DNA of 64,000 bases from Heteronotia binoei. Taxonomy: Eukaryota. Every line of letters starts with the position of its first letter. Position 1 is the stretch's first letter. A program made the translations under genes and the position numbers. The stretch is taken from assembly GCF_032191835.1 (NCBI RefSeq), contig NC_083237.1, positions 24,056,001 through 24,120,000 of the forward strand. Direction: 5' to 3'. This document shows, one piece after another, positions 59,071 to 64,000 of the stretch. The notes under the pieces are model-generated. The model had not been told where the DNA came from and made no database searches. It worked only from the letters and a program-made list of their open reading frames with translations.

Positions 59071-62000
59071 ACGCCTCATACGGGGCCTCCTTCCTCTGCG
59101 TCTTATCGTGGCCTCTGTTTCAGCGCCTCCCTGGTGCAGTGGATAATGGCAAGGGTCTCGCACAGGCCGGGAGGGGGGAGGGGTGGGCAGTGTGTGTGTG
59201 TGTCATGTCCAGACATCGGCAGTAATAGTCTAAGCTGCGGGTGGAATGTGTAGAGATGTGACCCTTTGCAGTTAACTGGGGTGTTCTTTTGCTTGGAATT
59301 TGGAAACTACAGGAAAACTGGCATTTGGCATTGTGTTATGGGACAGGGACGAATTGCCTGTAATGTAATCGGTTTGCCCTCGTGGTAAAACAATTGATGC
59401 TGCTTGACATCTTTCGGCCCATCCCCCACCCTACTTGCTGGCTTTGGACTCAGCCTCTGTTTGCTTTTGATTCCCTGGTTCGCACCTGCCTCCTACTTAA
59501 TGGTGTCCAGGTATGGACGTCTGGTTTTTTCGGCTCTCAGTCCATACCCTTTGTTCTCTTATCTCTGTATCTGCCCCAGCCCTCTGTCTGCTCCTTCAAC
59601 CTGCTAGTGCCCAGTCAGGAGGCATGAACCGGTGAAATTCTTGCAAGGTTTCTTCCCACATTTTTACTCCCCTCCTTCCCCGCCTTCATCCCCATTCTGG
59701 GCTTTCCTCAGGTATGGAGTCTTTTCTGCTCCCCCAAGTCTGTCACCTTGTAGTGTGAAAGAAAACCCGCTGGGGCTGGGAGGGATGGAGAGAATTGTTC
59801 CTGCCAAGGAGAAATGCCTTCAGTACCGCAAAGGCCTCTGTTTTTACATTGCTGAGGGGTCAGTGCATCCAGCATAAGACTGAATTACAGGGAAGGAGAA
59901 TGCAAGGGGAGAGTGGATGGTTTAGGAAGCTGGGACTGTCATAGCTGGGAGTGGTTCTTGTCGCCTCCATACAGTCAGATTTACCGGTAAGAACAGGCCC
60001 AGCTGTATACCCAGAATGACTACTTAATGCAGGTTTCTTGCTGCAAGGGGATTGTGCTGCTGCCTTTTTCTCAAAATGCAAAATCCTTAAGGATAATGTG
60101 ATTGATTGTGCTATTAATATGTTTGCTGCAGCCAGGGAGGCGCTCCGTGGGTTGTAAAGACTGAAAATGTCACAGAATGAATTGCAAATGTGATTGGGCA
60201 CATGCGCCCATTGCCTTTTGAGACAAAAAAAAAGTCCAGGAATTTTTGTTTTATGCTCCAAAATAACGTCAAGTATGCCAGGAATGCAGCTTTGTGTTTT
60301 CATGATGAAAAAAGAGAGGTATTTGAAGCTTCTTTCTCTGTGTGTGTGACTAACCTCTAATTCAAGGCAGCTGAATGAACCATCTGAATTTAATCAATTC
60401 AATTAAGGAGTTTTATCTAGCAAGTCCACCAAAGCGCACAGATGCAATCTGCAAATCCAGAGAATTCTTAGCATTTGCTGTGTCAACAGAGCAATGAATT
60501 CCAGAGGGGATTGCTATGTTAGTCTGTTGTGGCAAAAACAGCAAAGACTCTTGGGGTACCTTAAAGACTGAATGATTTTATTGGGGCATGAGCTTTTGTC
60601 TTGCCCATGTTTTTTCCAGATGTGTGAACAATAGAATAGCAAAACAAATTTGCTTCTTTTTTTACATATTAAAGGGGAAAGAGACTTGGACAAGGTGTAA
60701 AGAGTCGAATTTGACATGTGATTTGACTTCTAGATTGTAATTCCCGGACCCCCTGACTACCACCCCTATGAAAATTTTAAATGGAAAGGGTAATTTAACC
60801 AATGAAATGTTGAGGCATTCTTCAGTGAGGTGATTTAGTACAGAAGTAATACTGTTTGGTCTAAAACCACATTCTTTCTCTTTCTCTCTCTCTCTCTCTC
60901 TGTGCTATTCAACTACTGTGGTATGCGCTATTCAAAAGGCATCCACTGGCCGTTAGCTGCGAAGTAGCTCTTTGTATCTGAAGAGAGACTCTGTCTGATT
61001 TCATAATCCTGGATAGGTTCATATTTTGGTGAAGCAGATTGATGGAAATATAGTTTTAGTCGAGGGGTGGCAGGGTTGTTCCCCAGTTCTTGGTGATTTT
61101 TCACATGGCTGAGAACAGTTCTAGGAAGCTGTGTTTGACTTTTTTCAGAAAAGAAAAAGTATTCTTGGGATACATAATTCACTGATACTGAGATGTTCAT
61201 TAATGGGCCAAACTTGAGCATTTTACTCCAAGAAAAATTCTCAAAATAAAAGGGCTAGCTAGCAATGGCATAGTAAATGCCATACAACAAATGTTGATCA
61301 TTGTGATTTAAGAAAAAAAAATTGATTTCATACATAGCTTTATATTGAGTAAGGACAAGAACTGAGAGAGACCCTTTGCTTCTCTGAGTTTCCCATGGGA
61401 CGTCTCTGCTGGATTTGAGCACCAGTTATGTTGTAGGCAACTGATATTTATAGCAGCAATGGGTACGTATGCGCCATGAAAACCGTCTGTTCCCTGCCCC
61501 CCCACCTCCCAGCCCTCTCTGCATCATCCTAAACTTGGAACAGTGATCTTGGCAGAAGGTTTGGAGGATACGTTAAGAGTCATATGAACTGGCCAGCACA
61601 ACAATTAGCAGGCGTGCCGTTTGCTCTGGAGAAAGGGGCGGAGGCCATGGGCAGATGCAGAAGTGGCAAATTTAAACTTTATTAGATAGATGATTTATTA
61701 GATTAGGCATTCAAGCCAGGTTTGAGAGTTATAAAGGTAGTGGTGGTCGCTCCAGAGAGGCCCAGAGAACACAGGAACCCTGCCTCCCAGCCACTTGGCT
61801 ATAGCCCACGCAATTTCTCATCCTGTCTTTGGAGAACCCAAGAATCCTGCCTCCTTGCTCTGACACCCCTGGGTGAATTTTCCATACTCTCCTGGCTGCC
61901 AGCCATCTTCCTTGACATACTTCTGTCCTTAACCCGCTTTCAGGACTCTTGACACCCCCCCCTGCCATCATCCGCTAAAGTCCTCTCAAAGAAACCAGGC

Positions 62001-62225
62001 ACGCTTGCTCCCAAATTCCTGTTGACTCGTAGATACCCAAACTCCTACAGTCTCTGAATTCTGGCTAAATGATAGGCAGATAAAGAACTGAGGGCAGCTT
62101 TGGGAAGAACAGGTCATAAACTAGGGGAAGGATTGTTGCTACACACTCCTGGGAAAGGGTCCAGAATTCTTTGAGCATCACTAGTGTGGCTAATACTGGA
62201 GGTGTCGGTGGAAGGACAAAGTGGG

Positions 62226-62439
62226 ACACATGAAATGGCCTTATATTGAATCAGACTGCTTGTCCAATTTGGTCAGTGTTGTCCACTGAGACTGCCAGTG
62301 GCTCTTCAGGATGATCTCTTTCCTGGCAGAGGTCTTTCACATTACCTGCTACCTGATCCGTTAAATGGAGATACCGGGGATTGAACCTGGGACCTTCTGC
62401 ATGGCAAGCAAGATACTCTACCACTGAGCCACATTCCCT
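62226..62439 (-). mobile_element. tRNA-derived SINE of a third family (head ggctcagtggtagag...ggttcaatcccc)
   Basis: Intact A/B boxes followed by a non-tRNA body; related copies at about 541-670, 23144-23300, 33480-33842 and 50985-51200. Confidence 0.7.
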
Positions 62440-64000
62440 CCTCAAGTGAGGCCTATGCCCTCCAGAGACCCATGGTATTTATTTACTTTGTATGAAGCCT
62501 GCATGCTTGCTGACCTTAGGGTTGTATACCCTTAAATTGTACTGGGTTAATACTTGCAATATTTACATTATAATAAGTTTCCTGGGGTTTTCTAGCCTTG
62601 TAGTGGTTGCCAGTAGCTGTATCAGCACAGCTTACTGAATCCCACAGGTTTTCATAGTCCTTCATATGAGCACTAACAGTGGTGGGGCTAAAGGGGAATA
62701 AGCCCTCATTCCTACTTCTGCTAACAGGTGACTCCAACATGGTATCAACAAGATAAGCTTAACAGCAGAATCTCAGTTGCTCTTAATGATTAAGAAAGAT
62801 ATTTTTACATATTAGTCTCCTGTTTTGACATATTTATTGCTCCACTGGTTCCCCCCCCCCCAGTAATTAAATCCAAACATATTGTGATCTATAAACTTGC
62901 TTATTATTGTTATTTAGTCTTTGCATATGTCAAAATATTTTCATTAAGTTCTATGCTAATTTGCTGTTCGCTTATGTAGAAGCACCTGCCTATATTTATG
63001 AGACGTTAACTTTTGTTTGTATGTATCTGAATAAGTGAGCTTGCACAAGGAAGCTCATATCTTGAATAAACTTTTGTTTGTCTTAAAGGTGCCACTGGAC
63101 TCAAAATTTGTTCCACAATCTACACAGACTGGCATGCCAACCTTAAACCAGCACAGTGGTCATATGGCTTTTCCCATGACCCACGTTCTCTGCTTTCTGG
63201 ACAGCAGGCCAACAGGATTTTGTGAAAATGCAGCCCTGATCTTGCTGTTCACCTGTCAAAAGTTCTAGTTGTGCAAAAACAAGTAGTACTTCAGGACCAG
63301 CCTCCCATGTGCCCTGGTGAACTGGGGAGTCAAGTCCTTCCTCGTTTCAGAATGGCTGCTGTCCTATCATCTTCTTTGCCCTCGTTTTGAAGTCAAAAGT
63401 CACAGGGCTCTCAGGTGAAAGGGAGCAGTCAGGGCCAGCCCTACCACTAGGCAAACTAGGCGGCCTAGGGTACCAGGCTTCTGGGGCGCCTAATTGCCCC
63501 CCCCATGTGACTCAGTAACGTTATCAGTGGGGGGGCACCAGAAGTCAGTTTTGCCTAGGGTGCCAGACAGTCTAGGGCCAGTCCTGGAAGCGGGAAAGTG
63601 GGACTCTGGGTCCCCAGAGCAGCAACAGTGGCTGGTGACCCTCACCCTAGTGCCTTTGTTCTGCCTGGAATTTCTACTAGCCCTTAGGAGCTACGCGTAC
63701 AGCCTGGTTTTAAGTCTAGTTTTAAAGGCTGATACTATAGAGAGAGAAACAAACATAACATGGTATTGTTGACTGCTTGTTGCTCACCCACAAACAATTG
63801 CTGTTCACCCCATGTGAGCAGGGAAGTAGCAAGAGTTCTGCAAGGCTTTAATATTTCATAAGGTGGTTGATGGGGGGCTCACAAGCAGGCCTGTAGAAGG
63901 ACCCAAGCTGGGTTGCTGTAGTAACTGAAGCAGCCTTGTTCACTGATTGCAAAATGGGTAGTGCCTGTCCCCCCTGCCCTTGGAACCTTTGGAACTGTCA

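Noticed and set aside
60928-61221. 97-aa minus-strand ORF containing YEPI/YEI
   Set aside because: No partner exons or homology recognised; the length is compatible with chance.
62226-62439. tRNA gene call (also the SINE heads at 13933, 28720 and others)
   Set aside because: A/B boxes run straight into SINE bodies that recur in many copies; no clean acceptor stem or terminator.

Overview
Vertebrate genomic DNA from a squamate reptile (Sauria-type SINEs; the exact species cannot be told). Five intron-containing genes can be assembled by hand from splice sites. (1) The last exon and 3' UTR of EPN1 (+). (2) A 7-exon IZUMO-family gene I cannot assign to IZUMO1-4 (-, 6783-21916), with a signal peptide, the 8-Cys IZUMO domain plus an extra CxxC, a TM helix and a tail carrying seven tandem YQN motifs. 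(3) IZUMO3 (+), head-to-head with it across 256 bp. (4) IZUMO2 (-), tail-to-tail with IZUMO3. (5) An MPV17L-like gene (-). All three IZUMO genes share one exon-size and phase blueprint, which suggests a tandem cluster. The rest is repeat-rich: a full-length decayed L1 with TSD inside the unassigned gene's intron 3, tRNA-derived SINEs, CR1/L2 remnants and many hAT-like MITEs. There is a 234-N gap and a probable promoter near 58.9 kb. Gene assignments rest on recalled protein sequences, not database searches; most TE boundaries are approximate (about +/-10 bp).
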